A stretch of 64,000 nt of DNA. Origin: the human T2T-CHM13v2.0 reference genome, Homo sapiens. Below, piece after piece: positions 28,285-42,274 of the stretch. Location: the NCBI RefSeq assembly GCF_009914755.1, contig NC_060926.1. The stretch is one strand, 5' to 3'. The stretch's first letter is position 1, and each line of letters starts with the position of its first letter. The notes beneath the pieces were generated by a model. The model had not been told where the DNA came from. It was given only the letters and a program-made list of their open reading frames with translations, and did not search any database. Both the position numbers and the translations under genes were made by a program.

Positions 28285-28955
28285 CCTTGTGTCACTCTGG
28301 CTGCCATAACAGTATACCACTGACTGAGTGGCTTAAACAACAGAATTTATTTTCTCACAGTTCTGGACCCTGAAAGTCCAAGACTAAGGTTTCAGCAGGT
28401 TTGGTTTTTGCAGAGCCTCTCTCCTTGACTTGCAGATAGTACCTTCTTGCTGTGTCCTATATGGCCTCTGCTCCATGCAAGATGTTCCTGGTGCTGCTCC
28501 CTCTTCTTCCAAGGACACCATTACTATTTGATTAGGGCTCCCCCTTAAGACCTCATTTAACCTTAGTTACCTCTTTAAAGGACCTATGTTCAGGGCCAGC
28601 ATGGTGGCTTACGCTTCTAATCCCAGTGCTTTGGGAGGCTGAGGTGGACAGATCACTTAAGCCCAGGAGTTCGAGACCAGCATGGATAGCATAGCAAAAC
28701 CCCATCTCTACAAAAAACAATTAGCAGGCATGGTGGCAGGCACTTGTAGTCCCAGCTACTTGGGAGACTGAGGTGCGAGGATCACTTGAGTTTGCAGTGA
28801 GCTGGGATTGTGTCACTGTACTCCAGCCTGGGTGACAGAGTGAGACCCTGTCTTAAAAAAAAAAAAAAGAAAGGCTCTATCTCCAAATACGGTCACATGG
28901 GAGTCATGGCTTCAACATAAAAATTTGGTGGGGCAGCATAATTCAGTCTATGACA
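28285..28955 (-). mobile_element. MLT1A/B MaLR LTR split by an Alu
   Basis: ggctgccataaca...ggcttaaacaacagaatttattttctcacagttctgga...aattcagtctatgaca. Confidence 0.8.
28594..28870 (+). mobile_element. AluJ inside the MLT1
   Basis: Alu dimer with an internal right-arm deletion and poly(A). Confidence 0.88.
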
Positions 28956-29679
28956 TTAATTATGTAAGAAAAGACATCAAAAGAGTAATGTAACATCTTA
29001 GATGCAATTAACTAATGAAAAATCACTCTAAAGAGAGTGAGAGAAGGGAAATTAGAAAGAAATAAAAATATAAATATATAAAAAGTTTTCATTATGTCAC
29101 ATTTTAGAAATATATTTTTAAGTTTGGAGGATTATGTGTGAATGTTAAACAGCATTTATGCTTTCCTAAATAAATTGAATTACTCACTCTTGTATCACTT
29201 CCACATTTTTTAGCCACAATACCTATGTTCATCCTGTTTATTTGTCCAAAATGCACTTCTCTCCCATCTTTTCCCATTTAAGTCCTACTCATGTTTGAAC
29301 ATCAGCTCAAAAGCTATATAGTCCACAAAGCCTCTCTCCATCTCTTTTCTCTCTGAACTTCTTTAGCAATTCATCCATGTTATATTTATGGTATTTGCAT
29401 GTAATGGTAATATTCTATTATGGTAATTCTATAATTCCTTAGCCGCATCATCCAACTAAATTGTTTATTCCTTTAAAGGAAGGGTCCATGCTCATTCTTT
29501 ATTCTTTTTTTCCTAGATCAAATAAAGGTTGCATGTGACAATCTACTGATATTGAAACAGTAAAGTCATGGGGCAAACACCATACAAATTAAATAATTCT
29601 AAAGCTTGAAATTCTCTAAGAGATTATCCCTGCACAGAAAATACTTGTCCAATAAGCAGCATTTCAAAACCAGAGGAAA

Positions 29680-32600
29680 GGACTTCTGATTCTAACCAAG
29701 ATGGGCTGGGCTTTTTACAGCCTATCTCTTTCACTGATTACATCTAAAAATGTTGAACAAAATACAAAAAACAACTACTTACAGATTCTAAAAAGTAAAT
29801 AATAACAAGTGAATGGGAGAAAAATCCTAACTTGAGGAATTATCAGTAATGGGGTAGTGAGTTTTCTAAGTTTCTTCTTTCTTTCTATTTTCTGGCTTAG
29901 TGGGGGAACCACGCAGCAGGCACAGGTAGCAATAACTCAAAATAAGTAACTGAAAAAATGACCATATGTGAGCCAGAGAGCATGGGCATAAATCCATGTT
30001 TTATTTCATGTTTTGCTTTTTTTTTACTTTATTCTCTTTTATCTCTACCCCAAGGTTAACCCCACTCACAGAACTGTATTATCATGACAGAAAAAGCAGT
30101 GGTGCAGTTACCCAAAACACTGAGCAAAAACCTGTCTCTCTGGACAGAAGTAAAAAAAGAGGCCCCTGTTGTACACAGAATGTAAGGGAAATCCAAGTAT
30201 TTTTCTTTTTTCTTACCACTTTGCCCCCAGTGTTGGCATGAAATTGTGCAATAGCAAGGGAAGAGAAAACTCTGAAAGAACTTCATCATTTTGGCCATTA
30301 AAAAAGTATAAAAAAGGTGCCCCTGGGATATGGAAAGTGGGGCAGGGGTAGGATAAATTCTGAAAAGACCTGAAGCTGTGCATGCATGGAACACTTCTAA
30401 AGAAGCATATCAGAGGCTTTAAACAATATCATAAATCCTAGTCCATTTAACTCCTGAGTAATGAATGCCGAGGAGTAGATTCAAACAGTATAGTGAAGGC
30501 TTACAAATCTGAACTGACATTGCAACATCACCCACAGAAGGAGAACTAAGAATTGTGATCTAAACTTAACTGAGTTATTTGACTGCTAAACCAAAAAATC
30601 AATCTTATCCAGAGGATTTTGACAGGACCTAGAGTCTCATATTCAAAATTTCCAGGATGCAATCCAAAATTACTCAACACACAAAGAATAAGGATGTGAT
30701 TAATTCTCAAAGAAATAGACAGATTTGAAATTACCAGAAAAAACTTTAAAGCAGATATTATAACCATCCTCCATGAGACAAAGGTGAACATTTTTGAAAT
30801 AAATAGAGACATTCTCAGGAGAAAAAAAAACAGAAAGGATAATGAGCACCAAATGGAAATTTTAGAACTGAAAAACATAATATCTGAAATTAAAAGTCCC
30901 ATAGTATGGACTCAGTAGCAGAACAGAGATAACAGAAGAGTCAGTGAAGCTGAAGATAGATGAATATATATAGTCCAATTTGATCAACAAGGAGAGACAC
31001 TATCAGATTGGATAAAACTATACGATCCAACTGTCAGCTGTCTACAAGATACCCACTTTAAATATAATAATATAGTTATATTAAAAGTAAAATGATGGTA
31101 AAAGATATACCATGAAAACACTAAACAAAATAAAGCTGTACTGGCGATAGTATATTAGAAAAAATAGACTTCAGAACAAGAAAACCATCAAGGATAAAGG
31201 GGGACATATGCAACAACAAAAGGGTCAATTCATCAAGAAGACATAATAGTCTTTAATGTGTATGCCTCTAACAACAGAGCTCCAAAATAAATAAAGCTAA
31301 AACTGATAAGACTGAAGAGAGAACAAGTAGACAGAAAACTAGCAAGGATATTGAAGCCATGAACAACAGTATCAAGCAATTCAACCTAACCAACTTTCAA
31401 AATGCCATTCACTCAATAATAGCAGGATATTTTTTCCAAGTGCACATGGAACATTAAAAATATAGACAAGTTTTATGCTATAAAACAAACCTTAAAAAAT
31501 TTTAAACAACTGGAATCATACAATGATAGTCTGAAAATAACAAATAAATTTGAAATTAAAAACAGTAACAAAAAAATACCCTAAAAGTCTCCAAGTATTT
31601 GGAAATTAAAAAAATATATTTCTGAAAAATCCATGAATCAAAGAGGAAATTTCAAAAAAAATTAGAAAATTCTTTAAAGGAAATTAAAATTAAAATAAAA
31701 CATCAAAATTTGTGCTATGTAGCTAAAGCAATACTTAATGTGAAACATATAGCATTAAGTCCATGGATTAGAAAGGAGAAATCTAGAATCAATAACCTTC
31801 CACCTTAGGAAACCAGAGACATAAAAGTAATTTATGCCTAAAGCAAACAGAAGCAAAGAAATAATAAATATTAGGGAAGAAATCAGTATTATTGAAAACA
31901 AAAAAAGAATGGAGAAAAACAATGCAACCAAAGGCTTGTTCCTATATAGGATCAACAAAATTTATCAAACTCTAGCCAGATTGACCAAGAAAATAGAAAG
32001 AATACACAAATTATCAAATCAGAAGTGATAGGTGAGATTATCATTACAGACCCTACAGACATTAAATAAATATTAAGGAAATACTATAAACAACTCTCTG
32101 GTCATACATTTAACAGCTTAGATGAAACTGAGCAATTTCTGAAAAGACAGAAACTGCCAAAACTCACTTAGGAAGAAATAGATCACCTGGATAGACCTGT
32201 TACTATTTCAAAAATTGAATTCATGGATAAAATCTTTCAATGACAAAAAAATTCCAGGCACAGATAATTTCTTTGGTCATTTCTATGAAACATTTAAGAA
32301 AGAAATAATTCTAATTCTACATGATCTCTTCCACAAAATAGGAGAGAAGACTTCCCAATTCCTTTTAGGAGGCCAGCATTACTCTGAAAGCAAAACCATA
32401 CAGACATTACAACAAAATAAAACACAGATCAATATTCCTCATGAACATAAATGCAAAACTCTTCAAAGCACATTAGCAAATCGAATCCAAAAATATATAA
32501 ATAAGAGAATACATTATGACCAAGTAGAGTTTAATCTGGAAATGCAAGGCTAGTTCAACATTCAAAAATCAATCGGTACAATTACCATTTTAACAGACTA

Positions 32601-33565
32601 AACATAAAAAAACTGTAGGATCAACTCAATAGACGCAGAAAAAACATTTCACAAAATTTAACATCCATTAATGTTAAAAACCATCAGCAAACTAGGAATA
32701 GAAGGGAGTCTCTTTCACATGATACAAAGGAGGTACAAAAACCTACAGCTAATACCACATGTGATAGTAAAAAACTGATTCTCTCTAAGATCAGGTAAAA
32801 GGCAACAGTGTCTGATTTCATCAACCCTGTTCATCATTATACTAGAAGCCCTTGTCAGTGCAATAAGCTAAGAAAAAGAAATAAAAGGCATACAGATTAG
32901 AAAGTAGTAAGTTAAACTGTCACTAATTGCAAACAGCATGATTGTCTACATATAAAATATTCCAATATATCTACATAAAAGATCCCAGAACTAATAAATG
33001 AGTTTATTAAAGCTACAGGGTAAAAAGTCAATATTCAAAAATAAACTGCTTTCCTAATGAATAGTTGAACACAATCTTTTAAGTACCACACAGAAATAAA
33101 AGAAATACTGGGTATAAATCTAACCACAAAACACTGATGAAAGAAATCAAAGGAGGCCTAAGTACACAAAGAAATACACTGTGTTCATATAGTAGAAATA
33201 TATACTAAGTTGTCAATTCTTCTCAAATTGATCTTAGATTCAATTAGTACCAATACAAATCCCAGGAAGATTTTGTGTAGTCATTTAAAAATTGATTCTA
33301 AAATTTATATGTAGAGTTACAAGTAGACAAAACAATTTTGAAAAAGAAGAACAAATGTGAAAGATATAATACCTGACTTTGAGACTTAATATGCTTCAAT
33401 AATCAAAGAAATATGGTATTTACATCAAGACAAATAGGTAAATGGAACAGAGAACTCAGCAACAAACCCACATGCATGTGAACCAATGATTTTCAACAAA
33501 GACGTAAAGGCAATCCGATTTTAAAAAGGATAATATTTTCAACAAATTATGCTGGAACAATTGTA
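29680..33565 (+). mobile_element. Degraded L1M (ORF1 remnant, ORF2 endonuclease/RT remnants), antisense to the dynein gene
   Basis: ORF 32215-32553 KIPGTDNFFGHFYETFKKEII resembles L1 ORF2 [20 protein letters not shown]; many stops and frameshifts. Confidence 0.85.
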
Positions 33566-33569
33566 TATT

Positions 33570-33620
33570 TTCTCTCTCTTTCTCTTTCTCTCTCTCTGTC
33601 TCTCTCTCTCCTCTCTCCCC
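33570..33620. repeat. (CT)n-rich microsatellite
   Basis: Read directly. Confidence 0.85.
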
Positions 33621-36172
33621 TCACCCCCAACCCTCTTTCCCCATATATGGATGTGTGCAATTATACACAAACAAATCTTTTGTTGTTCCATATCCAGTTA
33701 ATAACTATATCAAACTTATTTTTCCCAGACAACAGTCTTAATGTAACATCTTTTTTATCCAAAGACAGGATGTTTGTGACTTCAGCTTATATTCAATTTT
33801 AAAGATTTGGGCTTCCATAGAATAACATATTAGATGAATAAAATTTTAAAGGAGATAATCTTCAATGTAGATAAAAAAGAAAATACTAGTTTAACAAATA
33901 TACCAACAATTGTGGAAAGCTGTATGCAACAAACTGATTTAAATAACTTCAGTCTTTGGATGAATACAAATTCTGAATTCAAAACGAACAAGCACTACAT
34001 TTACTTGCTTACTTCTTCTCCATTATTATTTTGTATTTTTTTTTTAACAAGAAAATGTTTTTCTCCACATAATCTTTCTCTCTTTTACTTCCTCCATCAA
34101 ACATTCTTGAATCTACAAAGGCTTTAAAATCAGTGGTTCCCAAATGGAAATTGAATTTTTATAGCACTCAATGTTCCAAGTTTTGACAGTGTGTATTCTT
34201 TTGTTACTGTCTAGAGAGGATTGTTATTTGGTGCTTTTGTGGGCTTTTTGAAAACATGGACTTCTAACAGTGAAAATACATGTTCACAGCAGTTGCACAG
34301 ACCACAGATTTTGAATATGAAGCAGCAATACATTTCAGAGTTTTGATATTTTCGTTTTTACACACACATAAATTCATAAAAACAGACAAGGAAAGGTGTT
34401 ATTCTTCTCAGTTATTATTGCTACTGAATTAAACCTAATATATCTCTCTTCTATGGAAATGAAAATTTACTTTTTTAAAAAGCAGAGTTATATCAGATAC
34501 AGGTCTGATCTACTTACCAAGCTGTTAAATAATCCTAATCCTTTACCCGTGAAATGTTCAGATACAATCTAATTACATTTAATGTTATCACTAATCTTTG
34601 AAATTCTAATTAGCCAGGGACCTTTAGGAGTCAACAGCCCCAAAAGTTAATTATATTCTAACTTGCCCAAATTTTATAGATTCTTCCAGTTTTCCTAAAT
34701 AATCGTCTCCTCACTCAGCTAAGATAATATGTGAAAAGCACTTAGCACAGGATTAGGTCCTCTGTGAGTGCTCAATATTAGATACTATCGTTGTCAAGCA
34801 AGAGTTTCTGGGGAATGGAAGAGGGCACTGCACAGGTAAAGAAGATACTTAGCTGATACTTCAAAGTGATCACTTTAAACATATTTACTGAAAGCTTTCA
34901 GTATAAGATTACCAAAATATATTGGGAAAAGAAGCCAAGAATGAAAATTGTTAATATTTTCTTCTTAGTATAGTTGCTACCACAACTTTCTGCTAATATT
35001 TCAACATTTCTACAAATGAATAGTAAAGATGTAGGGGTTATGACTCATTAACATAATTTTCTGTCTCCATCCCTCCCAAAATGTGAGTGTGCTGTCTTGA
35101 AAAATAATCACTGAATGGTTTAGAATCTTATATGCAGATATATCCATCAACAGTTCTATTATTTTTGAAATATGACTAGACCCCAAAATAAGGGTATGTT
35201 TATTTGCTAGAAAACAAGATGCAATTTGGCCTCTGATGGTGGATACAGTGGTTATAGATGTCCTGCTAGGCAGAACCATGATATATAAATTGCAAATCAA
35301 GACAATGACTACCACTTCAGTAACTACTAATATGTAGGACATGACCAGCTACGTTCACAAGAGCTTGAGAAGAGCCAAAGCTCTTTTCTGAGATAAAAAC
35401 AATAACAAAAGCAGCAAATATTTGACTATTTTCATGCTGTAGTTAATTGGTCCAGCTAGACAAAAGTGAAAGCAAAAGTTAGACTTCCAAAATTTCAGAG
35501 ATCTCCCACCTGTGTCAATCTGTAAGGTATATTCTAACACTAAACATCAACACACACTGCCTGCATGCCACATGTTAAGTAATTCAACAACGAGCTGCCC
35601 TTCTGTGCTTTGTAAAAGGCGCTTAAAAATCTGCTAAAATCTTTATTTTAGCAGCCAGCTAATGCACATATTTATCATTGATTTTAGATTATCTATTTTC
35701 TCCTTGGATTAATTTAGATTATTGGATCAGAGTACCCAGTATTTTAGTTCCCCAAAGTAAAGCTTAGTGATTTTTTCTCTAAATAAATAAAATAATTAAA
35801 TTTAACTTTAGCTCCTGAAAAAGTTGGTCTCTTTAACTACAGTTTACTTGGTTAAAAAACAAAAACTATGTGATACAACTTTTTATTTTTGTCTTAGTTA
35901 TCAGAAAGCGTCAAACTTAATTCAGGGCCCAGCTATAGGAATTAGCTTGTCTCAAATTCTAACAGTAACTACTCCTTTAACTTACCCTAGGTGGTCTCAT
36001 CAGATTTTATCTTGTTTTATACTATAATCATACTGCACATACCTCAAATTCTTGTAGAACAATTTAGTAAATGAATGCTAAAGAAATCCATATGTCAGGA
36101 TAATTTATTGGAAAATAAATGTGTTCACCAGAGTTTTAATTTGTAAAATGATTTTCATAAATACTATGTAGA

Positions 36173-36492
<320 letters not shown>

Positions 36493-37359
36493 TTAGGAAT
36501 AACTAGTCTCCACATTTAGTGTTTACTTCTATTTTAAAAGTTTCCATGCCTCAAACATTTTTACTTTAAAAAGTACCATCATATCAATTACTTTTTCATA
36601 GTAATCTAACAATTAGTCAAAATAGTCATGTAACACAGAGCATTTCCTACTGATAGTAGGAAATATCTGTGCTATCGTTAACATGCTAAAACTCTGAGAA
36701 AACTGGCCGAGTGATAAAAGGCTCACGGTAATGTGAACTTGGAAATAATACAAGATTGTCCTCACACTGTGACAGGCTGAAGTCCTTGGTTTCTGGGAGG
36801 TGAGACCTGGAGGAGAGGGTAAGGCAGACAAGCCTTTAATATTCTCCCAGCCCAGACTACACAGGTTTTCTCTACTAACCAGGAAACTACAGGTATAATG
36901 GCTACTATTCCCTATCAGTGTAGGACCCAGAAATACATCCATCTAATTTAAAACAGTCCCACACTAGGGACTAAGACGGAATTTGGAACACCCTGCCCAA
37001 TCACCACCAATGACACACTAATGCACATTTCATTAACCTCTAATAACAAAACCCTGTATTTTATGGAAATGAAAATTTTGGACTTCCCTTACTTAAGGCA
37101 GGGTTTTGCTCTATTTGCTAAAAATTAATTTAAAAAAATTAAGTACAAGTCATCTGGTTCATTTGTTTACTACAGTGTCTAATACTCAACTATTATAATA
37201 TTAATAAGAGAAGGAAGTGATTACTCATACTTAATTTCACTAATTAGTTAAGTAATTTTTTAATACTGTAAAAGTTTGCTACCTAAAATTGTTAAAGGAA
37301 CACAGATAAATCTACTATTATTTAATAAAGACCATTTGTGAGAAAAATATTTTTCTTAC

Positions 37360-37523
37360 ATTATGATTATCCCATTATCAATGGAAAATGAGTCAGAAGG
37401 TAATCCAGCAATATTCCAAGTTCGAATTGTCACAGCTTCTCCCAGGGTACCCATAAGAGAGCAATCATCTGAGCAGGGGATATCTCTTCCTTTGCACAAA
37501 GTTGTCCACTCTTTAGTTTGATT
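37360..37523 (-). CDS. DNAH7: Dynein heavy chain exon (164 nt): NQTKEW...WNIAGLPSDSFSIDNGIII
   Basis: Acceptor ctaaag|AAT and donor AT|gtaaga; phase 0-2. Confidence 0.93.
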
Positions 37524-38911
37524 CTTTAGAACATCCACAGAAAGATAAAGAAATGAGACTGGAGGTTATCAAAAGCATGCTTTATAATTCCTCAATTTAT
37601 ACTGTATTCATTGAGTCAACAAACCATTGTGGAAACTCTACCTCAAAAATGATTTCTGTTTCTCAGATTCTTATTTCAAATAAAATTTTAATTGAGAAGG
37701 TCAGCTATGTACTCAACATATTCAATGTTGAGATAAAAGTCTAGATTAAGCACTTAAGTCAGAATTTTGTATCTGGAAAAAATAATTACCAATTGTTATT
37801 ATAAAGCTTCATTTTCAAGGCTACTCCTATCAAACTACCAATGACATTTTTCACAGAATTTGGAAAAAGTATTCTAAAATTCATATGGAACCAATAAAGA
37901 GCCCGAATAGCCAAAGCTATCCTTAGCAAAAAGAACAAAGCCAGAGGCATCACATTATCTGACTTTGAACTATACTACAAGGCTCCAATAACCAAAACAG
38001 CATGATACTGGTGCAAAAACATAGATGAATGGAACAGAATAGAGAGCACAGAAATAAAGCTGTACACCTACAAGCATCTGATCTTTGACACAGTTGACAA
38101 AAATAAGCAATGGAGAAAGGACTCCCTATTCAATAAATGGTGCTAGGGTAACTGGCTAGCCATATGCAGAAGACTGAAATTGGACCCATTCGTTACGCCA
38201 TATACAAAAATCAACTCAAGATGAATTAAAGACGTAAATGTAAAACCTAAAACTATAAAACCTTAGAAGAAAACCTAGGAAATACCATTCTAGACATAGG
38301 CCCTGGCCAAGATTAAATGGCAAGGATGCCAAAAACAATTGCAACAAAAACGAAAATTGACAAGTGGGACCTAATTAAACTAAAGAGCTTATTCACAGCA
38401 AAATAAACTATCAGCAGAGTAAATAGACAACCTACACAATGGGGAGAAACATTTGCAAACTATGCATCTGACAAAGGTCAATATATCTAGAATCCATAAG
38501 GAACGTAAACAAATTAACAAGCAAAAAACAACTCACCCCTTTAAAAAGTAGGCAAAGAACATGAACAGATACTTCTCAACAGAAGACATACACGCAGCCA
38601 CAAGGATATGAAAAAATGCTCAACATCGCTAGTCATTAGAGAAATACAAATCCAAACCACAATGAGATACCATCTCGCACCAATCAGAATGGCTTTTGTT
38701 AAAAGTGAAAAAACAACAGATGCTGGCGAGGTCACAGAGAAATGGGACTGCTTATACACAGCTGGTGGGAATGTAAATTAGTTCAGCCATTGGGCAGAGC
38801 AGTGTAGTGATTTCTCAAAGAACCTAGAACTATTATTCAACTCAGCAACCCCATTACTGTGTATATGCCCAAAGAAATATAAATTGTCCTACCATAAAGA
38901 CACATGCATAC

Positions 38912-39302
38912 TGTGATGGTTAATACTGAATGTCAACTTGATTGGATTGAAGGATGCAAAGTATTGATCCTGGGTGTGTCTCTGAGGGTGTTGTCAAAGG
39001 AGATTAACATTTGAGTCAGTCAGCTGGGAAAGGCAGACCCACCCTTAATCTGGGTAGGCACCATCTAATCTGCTGACAACACAGCCAGGATATAAAGCAG
39101 GCAGAAAAACGTGAAAAGGCTAGACTGGCTTAGCCTTTCAGCCTACATCTTTCTCCCATGCTGGATGCTTCCTGCCTTCAAATGTGAAGACTCCAAGTTC
39201 TTCAGCTTTGGAACTCAGACTGGCTTTCTTGCTCCTCAGCTTGCAGATGGCCTATTGTGGGACCTTGTGATCCTGTGAGTTAATACTACGTAATAAACTC
39301 CC

Positions 39303-39356
<54 letters not shown>

Positions 39357-39591
39357 CCTATCAGTTCTGCCCTTTTAGAGAATCCTATTAGTTCTGTCCC
39401 TCTAGTAGTTAATACTACTTTATAAACTCCCATATATATATATATATATATCTGATATATATATATCTGATTCTTCAGATGGTGGGATATCGGATATATA
39501 TATATCTTATATATATATCAGATATATACTTATATATATAAACAGATATATATATCCTACTAGTTTTGTCCCTCTAGAGAATCCTAACACA
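38912..39591 (+). mobile_element. MLT2A1/A2 (HERV-L) solo LTR with duplicated 3' segment and (TG)n/(TA)n tracts
   Basis: Starts tgtgatggttaatactgaatgtcaacttgattggattgaagg; ends gtccctctagagaatcctaacaca. Confidence 0.9.
39308..39355. repeat. (TG)n microsatellite
   Basis: About 23 uninterrupted units. Confidence 0.95.
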
Positions 39592-40872
39592 CATGTGTAT
39601 GTTCATCGCAGCACTATTCACAATAGCAAAGACATAGAATCAACTCAAATGGTACATATACACCATGGAATACTATGCAGCCATAAAAAAGAGTAAGATC
39701 ATGTCCTCTGCAGCAACATGGATGGAACTAGAGGCCATTAACCTAAGCAAACTAATGCAGGAAAAGGAAACCAAACACTGCATGTTCTCACTTATAAGTG
39801 GGAGCTAAATGATGACAAGGCATAGACACAAAGAAGGGAGCAATAGACACTGGGGCCTACTTGAGGGTGGAGGGTGGGAGGAGGGTGAAGACTGAAAAAC
39901 TACCTACTAGATACTATGCTTATTACCTGGGTGATGACATAATCTGTACACCGAACCCTGTTGACACACAATTTGGTTATGTAAAAAACCTGCACATGTA
40001 CCCCTGAACCTAAAAGTTAAAAAAAAAACAAAAAAAACAAAGATTCAATTTACAAAGTAGTTGGGACCACCACATTTTTCCAAGTATTTTCTTTATGTTA
40101 CAAATATCTAGCACATACAATATTATAGTAGAAAAGTAAATCCATTTTGAACCAGTAGGAGAGACGGAAAACTTTTACTTCTGACTCACATGCCCTGCGA
40201 GTGGCTACGGCAGGGCATTTCAGTGCCAATAAGGATCAGGGCACATAATGCAGTTTGTGAGACTCTACCTGGGGGACAGTCTGTAGGATGCTCAGGAACC
40301 CGGGCGGTACTACAAGCCAAGGTTCGTGTTCAGAAAGTCAGAAGTCAGTATCCAAGTTGAGTTTACAGATAAAAGATTTCAGAAATAGTGAAAGACATAA
40401 CTGGAGAGAAAGGAGTTAGACGAAGGCAAGGGGAAGGTGGATATGTATGGTGCTGGTACCAGCCTCTGGGTTGATGAGGGTGCTGGGTGCTCACAGGTGG
40501 CGCTGGCTGAGAGGCCACGCTGGGCACTGCCATCTCCCTCAGGCTCCTGCTGAGTAGGCTGGACCAACATTCCTTGAGGTTTGCACAAGAAAGGGCATCA
40601 CAGTTTTGGGGGAATTGATGACATTCATGACCTTGATAAGCCTGTTAACATTATGCAGAAGCCCCACAACTGGGTCTGTATGGTGTTCCATCATGATTCC
40701 TGGCACCATGCCAGGTTATGCATCTTTGGCAGAAATGTCACAGAAATCATGTGCTCTTCTCATTGCATCCATCAGATGGCACACAATTTCATTTCTGATG
40801 ACACTTTGATGTTCATTTACTGATGACACTAATTTTTATCACTTGATTAAAGTGTTGTCTGCCAGGCTTCTG

Positions 40873-41333
40873 TGTCATAATTATATGAGCTTATGTGTGA
40901 TTATAGATTCTTCAGATGGTGGGATGCAACGCAAAGACACTCAGATAAATGAAAGGCAGAACTCTGTTAGTTATAGCTCCAAATGGAGAAGGCTGCACAC
41001 AGGGCCACACAGGTGTTGTCAGGAGACAGTGTAGCATCAAGCTAGAGCTGTGGGAGGCAGTTTATATATGGTAAATGGGATGGAATTAGCTGGGTTTCAC
41101 ATGTTTCCTGGGGGTTGGGTATTTTGAATCATTCTGTGGTTGCAAGGAAGAAGGGGCTGTCCCTGGTATCTGGGGGCCTCTGGAAGCTATCTATTGTAAC
41201 CCGGGAGTGTTCCAGCCTAGTAAAGAAAATGGTTGGGGTGAGGGCTTAGCAAACTACTTACAAGAAAGAATTCTGCGTTTTTAACTGTTATTTAAAATGG
41301 TTAAGACAGCACTTGTGAAATATTATATTATAA
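40873..41333 (-). mobile_element. Old ERVL-type LTR inserted into L1MC fragments
   Basis: Composition and motifs resemble the MER73/MER74/LTR53 group; flanked by reverse L1MC pieces. Confidence 0.4.
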
Positions 41334-41961
41334 CTTCCCCACTGTTAAATTGCTCTTTTCCCCATTCCCTTTGCAGGTAATAAGCATTCTGCGGGGAGAT
41401 ACTTTGTAACCATGAAAATGTCCTGTTTTTTTCAAACATTCAATTTTTTTATTACTAATTTATGTCAGCATAGATTCATCTTTTTCATATTTTATCCAAT
41501 GAGTTATGTTACTGTCACTATTTATTGCGATGCTGAAATTGTCCAAGTTTGGCCAGTGGGAATACCCTTAAGCTAAATTCTGTGTCCTTTTGACATGGCC
41601 CCATCTTTCTCTGGGTACTTCCTTACTCTTGCTCAAAAAAGACATTTCAGCTTTATCTTACAGTGAAGTCCAAGATAGCCAAAGATAATCTTCCTACTTT
41701 AAGCTCAGTTGACTAGCAACCATAATTCCATCTGCAAAGTCCCTTTGCCATGTAACGTGGCATAGTTACAGATACAACACTTGGAGGTGAAGATCATAGG
41801 GGCCAAAATTCTCCCTGGCATAAGTACTTAATAAATATCATCTGGCTATTTTGTTTTATTTGGTTGTTGATATGAGGAACAGATGGTATTGCTACGTAGG
41901 GAGGAGGGACAGATAGCATTTCCAGTTTGACTTCTATACACAGTTGCTTCTGGCATGTTTT

Positions 41962-42274
41962 ATTTTTAATTTTTTAATTATTATTTTTTTGAGACGGAAT
42001 CTTAACTCTGTCACCCAGGCTGGAGTGCAGTGGCATGATCTTGCTCACTGCAACCTCTGCCTCCTGGGCTCAAGCAATCCACCCACCTCAGCCTCCAAGC
42101 AGGACTGGGACTACAGGCACACACCACCATGCCCGGATAATTTTTTGTATTTTTTGTAGAGACAGGGTTGTACTATGTTCCCTAGGCTGGTCTCAAACTC
42201 CTGAGCTCAAGCAATCGGCACACCTCAGCCTCCCAACATTCTGGGATTACGGGTGTGAGCCACCTCACCCAGCA
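41962..42274 (-). mobile_element. AluJ
   Basis: TSD ct(t/a)ctggcatgtttt at 41947-41961 and 42275-42289. Confidence 0.9.

Larger units (their letters stand above)
37817..40038 (+). mobile_element. L1PA13-16-like 3' portion (ORF2 C-terminus, 3'UTR, A tail) interrupted by MLT2A
   Basis: cctatcaaactaccaatgacattt...cctgcacatgtacccctgaacctaaaag plus A tail. Confidence 0.9.
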
